A program made the position numbers and the translations under genes. Below, piece by piece: positions 51,841 through 64,000 of a stretch of DNA of 64,000 nt; positions within the stretch are counted from its first letter, which is position 1; every line of letters starts with the position of its first letter. This DNA comes from Antedon mediterranea (taxonomy: Eukaryota; Animalia; Echinodermata): NCBI RefSeq assembly GCF_964355755.1, contig NC_092671.1, positions 16,926,001 to 16,990,000 on the forward strand, read 5' to 3'. The notes under the pieces are model-generated. The model searched no databases. It was not told the DNA's origin and was given only the letters and a program-made list of their open reading frames with translations.

Positions 51841-54800
51841 ATGGCTGGATCGCGTTGCGTTTTGAATAGTCCCTGTTCAGACGAGAATATAATGCATTAT
51901 TATGTGTTTAAAGACGTTCGTTTGCCTCCATTTTGTCGGGGGAAAATGGAAGAGATCAGTAATTTTCACGTGCGAGAGGACGACGTTTGGGTGGTATCGT
52001 ATCCACGCTCAGGTAATAATGTTTCATGTGTTTATAACGTACTACGTATATAGCTCCTGCTTATTATTTAAAAACGCCGGTTTCGTTTAAAAACGCCGGC
52101 AACATCAAAGAAGCATGAGATGTCAGCATAACATTTAATATTACTACTGCTACCAGAAAATGGATATAGGGCCATGCAGTATTTAAAAGTATTGTTTTCG
52201 TTTTTTTTTTAAATTCATTTATAACAAAATTATAATGTAATTTCCTTCATCTAAATGTCAATATCGATTGAGCTAAAAATATCTAAGGATGTTAATATCT
52301 TTAATCTCTTGGAGATTATGGTATTGATTATTATTGATTATTATGATATTGATCACTCCATCTTACTAACTGCAATCAAATATGTTTTTAAAAGAACATT
52401 TCCTTATGTCATTTCCTTTTTCCTTAATTCCATTTGATTAATATTTGTAATCAGTAGGCCTAATTAGAAATTATACAAAGCTGTATTAGGTCAAAATTGT
52501 AAGCGAGAGAGGTTTTAATTTTAGGCAGTAGGCCCACAGTAGGATATGTGTACTGTAAAACTAGACGCCGCATTATTTCATTCAGGGGTTACCATTTCGA
52601 CACAACATCTGTCAGGTCACAGTGTTGCATTGTTTTATTTCTATCTGTCTTGAATTTCCAGACATTCCTATGTAACGTTATGATAAGAAAACTCTTTTAT
52701 GTAAAAGCATATTTATACATACTATACATTTAATAATCTGGGTGTTGGGCTTGATGCAAGACAAGACCAAAAGTAATTGTTATGAAATTAAATGTCCTGA
52801 AAATTAAAAATTACCATTAGTGTCAAAGAATAACAGTGATGTAAATCAAATGCTATTTTTGAATGATTAGACAATATTCATAATCATGATTTATTTTTTC
52901 ATTCTTTTTTTTCTTCATTCTATCTTTTCTTTCTTGATTCTTTCCTTTCCTCAATCTTTCCTTTCTTTATTCTTTCCTTTCTTCAATCTTTCCTCTCTTC
53001 ATTATTTCTTTTCTTCATTCTGTTCTTCCTTCATTATTTCATTCCTTTCTTCATTCTTTCCTTTCCTCATTCTTTCCTTTCTTTCCTCTCTTCATTATTC
53101 TTTTCTTCCTTCATTATTTCATTCCTTTCTTCATTCTTTCCTTTCCTCATTCTTTCCTCTCTTCATTATTTCTTTTCTTCATTCTGTTCTTCCTTCATTA
53201 TTTCATTCCTTTCTTCATTCTTTCCTTTCCTCATTCTTTCCTTTCTTTCCTCTCTTCATTATTCTTTTCTTCCTTCATTATTTCTTTCCTTTCCTTATTC
53301 TTTCCTTTCCTCATTCTTTCCTTTCTTCCTTCTTTCCTTTTTCATCTATTCATTTCTTCATTCATTCCTTTCTTCATTCTATCCTTCCTTCGATCTATCC
53401 TTCCTTCGTTCTTTACTTGCTTCATTTTTTTCTTTCTTCATTCTTTCCTTCTTCAATCTTTCCTTTCCTTAATCTTACCTTTCTTCATTCTGACCTTTCT
53501 TCAATCTTACCTTTCTTCATTCTTTCCTTCTTCAATCTTTCCTTTCCTTAATCTTACCTTTCTTCAATCTTACCTTTCTTCATTCTGACCTTTCTTCAAT
53601 CTTTCCTTTCTTCATTCTTTTCTTTTTTTCAATCTTTCCATTTTTCATTCTATCCGTGTCATCTTTGGTTTTAATGTACTTTCTTTAATCTCAACTTTGA
53701 ATTTCTAAATAACAGTAATTTATTTATAAGGTCTTTGGCTTGAAGACTTGATATATCTTATAATGCACTATGCTGAAGTAGGCACTGGTGAACTAAGCCC
53801 AGACTCGGTTGAAAATGGAGTGCAATTCCTCGAGTACCCTCATCCTGGCTTAGAGTCGATAAACAACCTGCCATCACCAAGAATCATCAAAACGCATCTT
53901 CCTTTCTGTATGCTTCCCAAAGCAGTAAGAGAAGCCCACTGTAAGGTGAGATAGTCTACTTTAAAACAATAAATAAAATAAATAACAAACTACAGTTTGG
54001 TTAAAAATTATTTGACAAAAATCTAAGTATAGAATAATCAAATGTTCAAGTCATATTTGACAGTCCCATTACATGAAAAAGGGGAAATACAATCAACCTA
54101 TACTCTCCATTAAAGGACACTTTTTTAGTCCAGAAGGTGTCCTCTTAATAAGGGTTCAATTGTTATTGTACACAAATTTGTATGATTGAATTATTGTATG
54201 AATAAATATATGCCTAATAATTATATTATAACTATAACAATTATTTTTATAATTGCATATAATTATTGTTTTAGAAATTAATTTAACAATTAATCATATT
54301 TCATTTATATTATGCTACTGCAGATTAAATCTATTATGAATATAATTGTTTGTTGCATATTATCATTTTAGTTTAATTTATTGATTATAAGATGCTACTT
54401 ATTATTTGTAAAGACTCAATATAGCACTGATTTACATTATCTTGGCAAATAACACAATTAAATGAGTTGTATTTGCATAGCACATCAGTCATTTTTATTA
54501 GTTGCATTGTAATGGTCAAAGACCTGAAGAATCTTCTAGAGCATTGAGTAAATGTTCACATTGAAAAATTGATTGTTTTTAACTTCTATCTAGTGGCCAA
54601 ATAGGTTACAATACAATATTAATTAATTTGAAACGATAAAGATGAGGAAATAATACTTTGATTAATAAATACTTTTAATTAATACTTTGGATAGGAACGT
54701 ATGATTTCCTGACGGACCCAGTATATTCAAATAGTGGAGGTGGGGGTGGGGTTTCGTAGATATGATAATATTATAATATAATATGAGTAATATTTTTATA

Positions 54801-57800
54801 ATTACGAAAGTAAGTGAGAAGGAAAATTATGGCCCACATCACACGTTACATTAGCATGTATTCTCCAGCATTCATATCTGTAAGTCATCCATTGATGGGC
54901 AAAGACCTCTAGAAATGACACTTAAGATTCTGATGACTAAAGCTTTATGGTGACACAAATGAGGGGAAAAAACCTGTTAATTTATAATTTATGACAGTTG
55001 GGAGTTTAACTCAAAGTGTGAAGTCTTGTGTGTAATGCTTGCGTTGATTTATTTCAAATTCGCACAACAAGAAATATTCTATCTAAAAGACTGCGCTTAT
55101 ACAGACTCTAGGATTTACAATTGGTTTGTAATTGTCATGCAAAAATGTCGCCTTAAGCAATACCTAAATTTGTTACTTTTTTCCTGTTTTTACCTGTTTT
55201 TTATATTGTTTTACTTGTTTTAGCATCAGGAAAAATATTTACTTTTGTATTTTCCAATGTATCTTTTTCTAAAATATTTAAACTGTAATAAACTCATATG
55301 TAATGGATAAGTATACATTTTTTAATTATTATTATTATATTAACAATTTATATTGGTTGTACTCCAGGTTATATACATGTGTCGAAATCCAAAAGATGTG
55401 ATGTGTTCATTTTACGACTTTCATCGCATGGTGAAAATTGTAAATTACAAATGCACGCTGTCACAATTTTTCTACCGGTTCTTCAATCATAAACGTAAGT
55501 TTTCAAACTATTATTCTCAATATGGTATCAAGTTTAGTAGCAATTCAATGAAAGAGTATTGTTTCATTGTGTACACTATTATTTACAAGTTTTTTTACAC
55601 AATTGCATAAATTAATTTTGTTAGAATATGAGTTCTTTTAAGTACTATCATGGATAAATTATTTATCCATGGTATTATTGATTTTTAAGAAAATGCATGC
55701 AAGTTTCTATATAAAGGTTATCTAAATATCTTTCTTTTCACCAAAAATCTTGATTTGTTACTGTACTTTATCATTCATGAGGACTAAGGGCCTGTTCGGA
55801 CCTACAAAGTCATGCTTTCGTATTGTACGCGGTGTACAACTCAGGTCTGAACCAGGAAAAGATTAGTGGAAGCAACCTCGTACCACACTACTCTTTCGTT
55901 CGTTACGACAGCTCAAGGTACAAGATTAGTGAACGCCGCATACGATACGAAAGTCATGCATCAACGATTTTGTCCTCTAACCAATCCAATTTACTCCTGC
56001 ATACCATATGTTCGCCCAAATCGTGACACTTCAGTTTGAAACGAAAGCCTTAGGCAAATCTGAACACTTTTCTGTTATGACGCTAATTATAATTGCATTG
56101 CAATACGAAAGCATAACTCCATAGATCTGAACATACCCTAAGAATATGAATAGAAGTAACAGTGTGGAACATGTGGTCAAGTTTTATCTGTGTATATTGT
56201 ATTGTATTAAAAATAAACTTTCATACCATACAACAGAGATCCGCACGCATCTGGAGCTTGTCTAATCTAGCTGATTGAACTTAATTAATTCTTCCTAATG
56301 AATATTAGTGAACTTCATAGATCTGAACATACCTTAAGAATTTGAATATTCAATAGAAGTATGTGGTCAATTTTATCTGTGTATATTGTATTGTATTAAA
56401 AATAACCTTTCATACCATACAACAGAGATCCAGATCTGCATGCAACTGGAGCTTGTCTAATCTAGCTGATTGAATTTAATTAATTCTTCCTAATGAATAT
56501 TAGTGAAGCAAAAGAGATCAAGGTTGTATAGTGGAAATCACTATTCTAAACTACCCTTTTGTTATGAGTCTTGTAGTGGCACTGTTTTGTAATATTCCAG
56601 AGCAAGGATTCAAACCCCGTACCTATGCCATACAAAAATTAACCCCACGATGTTACAGTCCATTGATATTAGTTCACATAGTTAGTTAGTTGGCATATTC
56701 AATTTCTAGAGATAATGGCAGTACCAGATTAGGCAACTTATAGAAGAAATTTAGCCAGCTGTAAGAACGGTATTAGATGCATGCAGAAATAAGATTAAGA
56801 TATCAATGGCAAAGACGTATGTTAAGTCATTGAATGCTGATGGTAATAGGTTTAGATAGATGATGAGAGCAAGCAATAAGGAATATTTTCTGATTGGTTT
56901 GTGGTTTAATCAACTGATTTAATGTTAGATCAGTAAATAATTTAAGAATTGATTGATATTGTGTCAAGTTATTGAACTTTGAAAACCAATAGATGCAATG
57001 TTTGAATAACATAGTAGTAGAAATTATTACAAACAATGAGAGAAAAGTTTTCTCTGTCATTTAAAATTGAGAGTAATTTTTATACCATTTTTATAGTAAG
57101 TGGTGCTTGACATACTAGCCTTTCAAATCCTATGGTTGGCCTGTGTTCAAATCTGATCCAGTTTTAATTTTTTATTACACAGTACTGCTCCTTCAACAAA
57201 GCAAGAAAAAGACAATGAAATTAGTTAAAACTATTTAATTCTTCGTATTTATTTTTTATTGATTTCATAATCATGTTGGGTATGGATCATATTTTGAAAG
57301 AGACATCGAAATTAATTAAAAACGTCTTTTCTATTTAATTCTTCATATATTTTTTATTAATTTCAGTCGGGTACGGATCATATTTTGATCATGTTTTGGA
57401 CTGGTGGAACCACAAAGAGGAAGAAAACTTGTGTATTGTGAAATATGAGGACATGAAAAAAGTAAGTAAATGTTTTATACCAGGCTTCCACATTGGAGGC
57501 TAAATAACAATGCAAAATGGTATAGATACAGTGTACTCCTTTGAGACAGCCCTATTCAGGGGACATGCACAATGCACACACTATGGCCAACTCCTATTCA
57601 GGGGACACCATTATTATTGGGTCAGATCTTTCGCCCTAATAGGGGTTCTACTCTATATGGAATTAAGATAATTATGTACAACTGAGGGCGTATCAATTTG
57701 ATCTCTGGTGCGCGTGCGTACAATTGAGAGACTAGTGCTGTTCTGCCGTACCACGCCGAGAATGTTAAAGAGTCGCTATCCAATCGAGTTTGAACAATAC

Positions 57801-60800
57801 CATGAAAGCCCAAATGGTCTAATGGTTAGGACAGCTGCATATTAAGCAGGAGGTCCAGCTTCAAGTCTCGGTTGGGCAACTTTTCTCATTCTCACAGATT
57901 TCCTCATCTTATCGTTTCAAATTAATTAATTAAATTTCAGTATATCACCGGGCGGTTTGGAATTAATGTTCTTTGCCTGTTGTGTTTATATAAATATATA
58001 TATAAATCCAAATGCAAAATACTGAAAAATAACAATGCTGTGGATATCAGTGGCTGAAAAGCAAAATCAAAACGATAAAGTAAAACAGCCAGAAAAGTTA
58101 GCAGAGCTTTTGGGCAACACTAGCCTTTCATCAATTCAATATATATATTTATATATATATAAATTATTGATTGTAAAGTAGACTTTGTCTAGTTGCCATA
58201 CCGAAGGTATTATTTAGCTTAATTTAGATTTAGGAAGCAGATTGGGGTCATGGTTAGAATCTTTGTACCATTTGTAAATCTAATTCAATAGAAACAATTG
58301 AAAATATATCCTCCAAAAGAAATATTTGTTTTAATGAATTGAAAAGGGACAATTATTTTATTAACTTTCGAACCATGGAAATCTCTTTTACCTATTTATT
58401 CTGTATTTGACTATCAAGTTTAATATTTATTCAATAATGGTAATAATGATGGTACATACAGTAATAATATACAAAGATAATAAATAAAACCATTATTAGG
58501 ATCAAGATTAGAAGTGGGTATTTGCTCATCTTGACCCATCTTGACTAATAGCTTTTAATTTTTTGTATTAAATACCCAAACAAATTTAAACACCATTTAC
58601 ATACATATTTATATCAAGTTATAATTGTCTCTATTTTGTATACAGTACTATAATTGTAAATCATTTTTTAATTAAAGCTACGGGATGGAAACATGAATTT
58701 CTTTCTGTAGAATTTTAATTTATATTTTATGTAATATTGCAATTGTGAAACAGTATTTAATTTTGTAAACATTTTCTATGGGTCAAACCTCTCATTTAAA
58801 GTAACCATATATAAATATTATTATTAGTCAAATATTAATCTATATACTTGTAGTAACCAATATGGGTATTGATGTGTTTATACAGTATATGCAACACAAA
58901 TTAAAAATATAAATTTTGTTTTTCATTTTACAAAAGAATTTTGCAGCTTTCATAAGAAATTTAGGTAAATTCCTGGAAAGGGAATTGACTGTTGAAGATG
59001 TAACAAATCTGGAAAACTACTGGATATCACAAACTCAATATAATAAAAAAGGTTTGATTTATTTTGTTAATAATATTAAAATGTATTTTTAAATTAAATT
59101 TCTTGGTACAAAAAAATGACACAAAACTTAAGCAGAGATATTACTACAGTACCATGGTTATACAGTAGAATGTGTTCAGGGGACAATCCTATTCAGGGTG
59201 CACCGCTATTTGGAGGACACCCCTATTCAGGGGACATACCTATTCATAGTTCACCCCTATTCAAGGAACGCCCATATTAGGGCACACCTCTATTCATAGT
59301 ACACCTCTATTTATAGTACACCTCTATTCATAGTACACCTCTATTAATAGTACACCTCTATTCACAGTACACCCCTTTTCATAGTATATCCCTATTCAGG
59401 GTACACCACTATTGGGAGCAGTAAGTGGCCAAGAGGTTAAGACAGTGGAACCGTAATACCTTGCCATATTAACATCGGCAAGGGTTCAAGCCTCACTTGA
59501 TCTATGTTTCTGGTGGTAGAACAAGTCTTCTAAAAAAACCACAGGTCCAGTGTAAATAACATCGGCAGGGGTTCAAGGCTCACTCACTCCATGGTTCTGG
59601 TGGTAGAACGAGTCTTCTCGGATAAGGACTATAAACCGTAGATCCAGTGTACACAACTAGCTCGTGTGCACTTTAAAGAACCTAGTACATATTTCGAGAC
59701 GAGCCGGTTACCCCGGTGTATTAGTACATCACAGCCACTGATCACCAACTGGGCCCTCTGGGAGACCAGTCTTTGACTGAAGAGGTTACCCAGTATAAAT
59801 ATATACTATTTCAATCAATCAATACACATCTGGCTCATGTGCACTTTAAAGAACCTAGTATATCTTTCGAGACAAGTAGGGGGTTACCCCGGTGTACTAG
59901 TATACACACAGCCACTGTCACTCACCTTGATTGTCAGCATATGCTGATTAGGGTCACCCTCTATAAATAAGGTGTAATAAAAAATAATAAAAATAATAAT
60001 ATAAATAAAAATAATAAATAATATGTTTGAGCTCTATGACCAACCTCTAGTCAAGGGACACCCATATTAAGAGGACACTTTGTTTGGTTCAGAAGGTGTT
60101 CTATTAAAAGTGTTCTACTGTAAAGCTACTGTAAATATGGAGTGCTGTCAATGCATTATATTTGTTGTTAAATATAATGCATTGACAGCACTCCATATTT
60201 ACAGTAGTATCAATATATAGCTACTGTATAATAGATACAATACGGTAGAAATATTTTAATGGCTTAAATGGCCAAGGTATGTGGATGGCAAAAAGGGGCA
60301 TTTGGAGTGTTTTTTTTATCTTAGTAAATATGCACAGTAATTGTGCGCGCAGGTACCTTCTAGACCACGACAATTGATAGTGTTTATTAATTTAACAAGC
60401 TACTCATTGTCACAATTTTCTCTTGGTTAAAATGCAGGCCAATTTCCTGACTCATCAACATGATATTGATTTTTCATTTATGAAGCTTTATAAGATTTCA
60501 AGCAAACTAGCTTGTATTTCAACTCAAAGATTCTATTAATCATTCTTTGTGCAATTTGATGATATGAGTTACGCTTACATTTGAAAAACAAAATAAATTA
60601 TTTTATATCAAAAGATTTTTAATTAAATATTTCAGTATACAATACAGAATATATTTGAAGCTTAAAACAACATATTATGTCTAGTAGACCCCCTCCTTTG
60701 GAACACCCCTATTATTATTATTAGGGAACACTTTCCTGTGAAACTAAGAGATATGTTTTACTACGGCTAATCCCTATATGGGACATTTTCTTTAGTCCTG

Positions 60801-61884
60801 AAGGTCCCCTAAATGTGGGTTCTGCTGTATTATCAAATTTTCATTTACTTGGGAAAACGTAGGAAATTTTGTGTTGTCTTGGCGATCACCTGGACCTACT
60901 GTAGAATCTCTGAAAACTGGGTCAAGGTACTGTATCGAGAGGAAGAATGTCCCGATTTTCACGTATGCGCATAATAAATTATGATGATGTAGCGTATAGT
61001 TACTAGGTCTTTGGAAATCTCCCTAATATCTGGGAGGAAAATGTGATAATGTTATCAATATATCATGGCAGTATTTGTTAAAACAAAATCCACGATTGGA
61101 TAGGCCCTTACTTAGGCTACAAATAATAATTTAATTGATTTAACATTTTTAATTATAGCACGTTCCTCTTACTACTAGACCTTGCAGTTATGTTGTTATA
61201 TTAAATATTTCTCAAAAATCAATATCTTGTTCCATGATAACAATGTTACATATTGAATGCAATGTTCCTGATACATTAACATAAGCTTAGGTCTCAAACC
61301 ACAGATAGTATAAATTCAACATCATGTATATGCCCTGCATTGCTGAAAAGGCCAATGGGTCCCAGGCTTTTAAGGTCAATTTACACAGAAGTTCAGTAAC
61401 AGTAAGCAGAAAAACCGCGTAGCTTGTCAAACATAGAATCTGTATCTATCCAGAGCGGAAACCACCTGTCCGTTCCATGTTGTGTGTAAATGGTCGTAAG
61501 GGATAACAAAGATTCTATATTTTGATTACCATAACACTCGTAAATTGGTCTGTGAGTAACTGGAGAGACAGGGTGCTTGAGATGCTCTCAAGAACCGGCC
61601 AGTATATATTATTATCTACATTGATAAAATATGGTTATGCCTATGATAATTTATGATACAATGGCACAAAGACATAGGTCATTAGAAGGAGTGTTGGAAT
61701 GATGAACCCTCAGAACTAATACAATCCATAAATCACATTATACTTATTCAACTGTTTATTCTCTTTTTCAGAGGACAGAGTTGGACAGTGGAAAAGCTAC
61801 TTTACAGTATTAATGGATGAGAAATTTGATGAATTTTTACCTGAGAAACTTAAACGATCCACTCTCCAGTTTGACTACCAATAA
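51841..61884 (+). CDS. SULT4A1: Sulfotransferase 4A1-like protein, 278 aa. Exons 51841-52012, 53731-53945, 55368-55494, 57367-57461, 58937-59051, 61772-61884
   Basis: Contains VRLPPFCRGKMEEI (SULT4A1 signature), LEYPHPGL, PRIIKTHLP, VIYMCRNPKD, KLGYGSYFDHV, KYEDM and RVGQWKSYFTV..DEKFD. Phases are consistent (837 nt). Confidence 0.9.
52895..53650. repeat. Polypyrimidine low-complexity tract (TTC/TTTC)
   Basis: About 750 bp almost devoid of G, ending about 80 bp before SULT exon 2. Confidence 0.95.
55788..56138. mobile_element. PIF/Harbinger MITE with TAA TSD
   Basis: TAA-GGGCCTGTTCGGACCTA...CATGCTTTCGTATTG / CAATACGAAAGCATA...TAGATCTGAACATACCC-TAA. Confidence 0.8.
57808..57878 (+). pseudogene. 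tRNA-like sequence (decayed tRNA or repeat-embedded tRNA head)
   Basis: GCCCAA/TTGGGC acceptor stem, TGGTCTAATGG A box and CTGC/GCAG anticodon stem, but a defective T-loop (GCTTCAAGTC) and a non-canonical anticodon loop. Confidence 0.5.
59414..59990 (+). mobile_element. Cluster of three overlapping Deu/Nin-like SINE copies
   Basis: Head copy at 59414-59555, body plus tail 1 at 59556-59820, core plus tail 2 at 59823-59990. Confidence 0.8.
60126..60207. repeat. Perfect 38-bp inverted repeat with 6-nt loop
   Basis: CTACTGTAAATATGGAGTGCTGTCAATGCATTATATTT-GTTGTT-AAATATAATGCATTGACAGCACTCCATATTTACAGTAG. Confidence 0.95.
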
Positions 61885-62713
61885 ATTATACACAGGATCC
61901 GAGCATTGAATAGGGTAACCACATGAATCTTAAAAAGACAAAACAAGAACTATTGGATTGTTACAAAAACAAACATTAAGGACGCTATATTATAGTAAAG
62001 TATACACCTGAATTCAAGAATATACTAACTTATGATTAAGGAACAATATTGAGTCTACGACATACCTACACAAATAAACGAAAACAGGTTCAGACAAAGT
62101 TGAAACATGCTCCTTCTTGCTTTGTAACTACCATGCACATGTCTATGTAGCAATAGTATATACATTGCCTCTATAAGCCTAGGTGCCAAAAATAAAATAT
62201 AATCTTTCATGTAAAATGAAAAGCTTACACCAAAATTGTATTAATATTACTTAATATAACATTTTATACTACAAATTGTCAATTGTCTTGTACGGTTTTT
62301 TTATTTTTGTAAAATTACATTATTGTTTTATAGTTTTGTCAATGTAGTACCTGTACTGCTACCAGCATAATCAATGTGTAGAGCTATATCCTGATTATTC
62401 CAACATAATCAATATGTATGATTATTCCAGATTGTTTATCAGTATAAATGAATGTTCTGTTGAATCCCCCATAAGGCATAAAGGGGCATCAGTAAGTCCC
62501 AATACTCATCGTAAGTCCCGATACTCATCAGTAGGTCCCAAAACTCATCTAGTTATTTTTACTGTACGTTATCTAACTGATGCATTGAATACCCCCATGT
62601 AAATAGAACATAAATATCTTTCAGTGGCACGTAAAGAGGTGAGCATCACCCATTAATGTAACAATCCTACAAAACTACTTATATAACAAAAGGTTCATCT
62701 CTTATCTATCTTA

Positions 62714-63041
62714 AGCTCTGTCTACACTATCAAACTTTATGTGACCAAAAAATGTGATGTGCCCATATATGGACATGATAATGTCATATCACTACCATAT
62801 TTGGGCATCACACTTTTGTTGTCAAAATACAGTAGTTTAGTGTATACATTTACTCAGTATAAATGATATTGATTTAAACAAAATAGCCTTTACTTAATAG
62901 AAGGTTTAGCTATATCTCTGAATATTTGTTGGCAAAGTTTGCTAGTGCAGACTTCTCCAGTTTGCCTAAGTTTGTCAACAGGTCTTTTCTTAAAAAGCTT
63001 GGAGTTTGCTTAAAACAAAAGTTTAATAGTGTAGACAGGGT
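62714..63041. mobile_element. MITE, PIF/Harbinger-like, downstream of or in the 3' UTR of the SULT gene
   Basis: CTCTGTCTACACTATCAAACT / AGTTTAATAGTGTAGACAGGG, TTA/TAA-flanked. Confidence 0.65.
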
Positions 63042-64000
63042 TAAGTTTACGAACCTACAAACATATATACATTAGTATAGACAGTGCAGAATAAATTAAC
63101 AATTGTAAATACAATCACAAAAATAAATAAATTATATATTGTTTGAAGGTTTGCATGGTGAAATAATAAAAAATGAATAAAAAACAAATTATATGTAAGT
63201 ATATATATATATAATTGTCTTCCTTAATATTTGTGAAAGAAAATTGTCTAGTTGTTTATTGTTAATGTTGTAACAAAATTGTGCAATGTAAAATAATTTA
63301 GTCTTTCATTCGGAAAAAAAGATTGTCTTGTGGGCATATTTTACACCCCTTTTACATCGCCTATAAAAAAAAACACACCATAGCACACACCATAAAAAGG
63401 TCAGTGTTGACGCACCAGTGTATGAAAACTCTGGAGTTACGCTAAGCGATGTGTACAGGCTATATAACATATAGATATCATCTTCAGTTCAAAATGGTGC
63501 ATTTTTGTTGTGAATATTATTTAGCATTTTGCATAGCACGTTTGTTGACATTTTACGCGCTTTGTGTTCATAATCAGTGTACTATGTCCCATATACCTGA
63601 CGCAGCCTATATATTGTGCAAGTTCTGCGGTACATATCATTTCGAAACCTGAGCTGCACTGATGAGATCCAGTAAGATCAAAACAGTACTGTCTGCAGAC
63701 TGAATATATATAGTATAAATAGTAATAAGTAACAAAGAATAAAATGATAAAAAAGTAAAAATAACAATAATCTTTAGGCATAAATTATTATAATTATTAT
63801 CTATATATAAATTTACATAAGGGCAAAATTTGGTAAATAGCGCGTTACTTCGATGGTATATAAAGTTGGTTAGAATCTTGGTACTGATTTTAACTACCTG
63901 ATGTAACCCTGTTTACTAATTAAATTGAGTTAGATAATTGTTATTGACAATTAAAACGAATTTAGGTTCAACGATTTGCCCCAAATAGGGGTGTTTTCCG

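Noticed and set aside
52886-53551. 221-aa F/S/L-rich ORF
   Set aside because: Translation of an intronic polypyrimidine tract that lacks stop codons because of its composition.
56118-56506. About 195-bp tandem duplication in SULT intron 3 (similar small ones at 10338-10450 and 25790-25990)
   Set aside because: Ordinary local duplications with no exon or structural signal.
59770-59800. CTGAAGA in SINE tail as a hammerhead core
   Set aside because: No GAAA box follows the candidate helix II.

Overview
AT-rich, intron-rich animal genomic DNA, probably an invertebrate deuterostome; echinoderm-like is a weak inference from repeat content. It is not prokaryotic, so most ORF-track entries are exon fragments or noise. 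Four spliced genes were assembled by hand. (1) TTLL12 (+, 11 coding exons, 5608-11562). (2) ZFC3H1 (-, 27 coding exons, 34900-13360), converging on TTLL12; its first intron is U12-type. (3) A 125-aa secreted prepro-protein with two EF-hands (-, 48487-45091), almost invisible in the ORF track. (4) A SULT4A1-like sulfotransferase (+, 51841-61884) with eroded PAPS-binding motifs. Repeats include two related hairpin-forming satellite arrays, each directly upstream of TTLL12 or ZFC3H1. There is also a decayed LINE that interrupts one array and carries a nested LINE 3' end. Other repeats are Deu/Nin-domain and other tRNA-derived SINEs, a DINE-1/Helentron-like element, many MITEs, and a small TSD-flanked element with a hammerhead-ribozyme core. 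All family assignments come from motif recall; no database searches were run.
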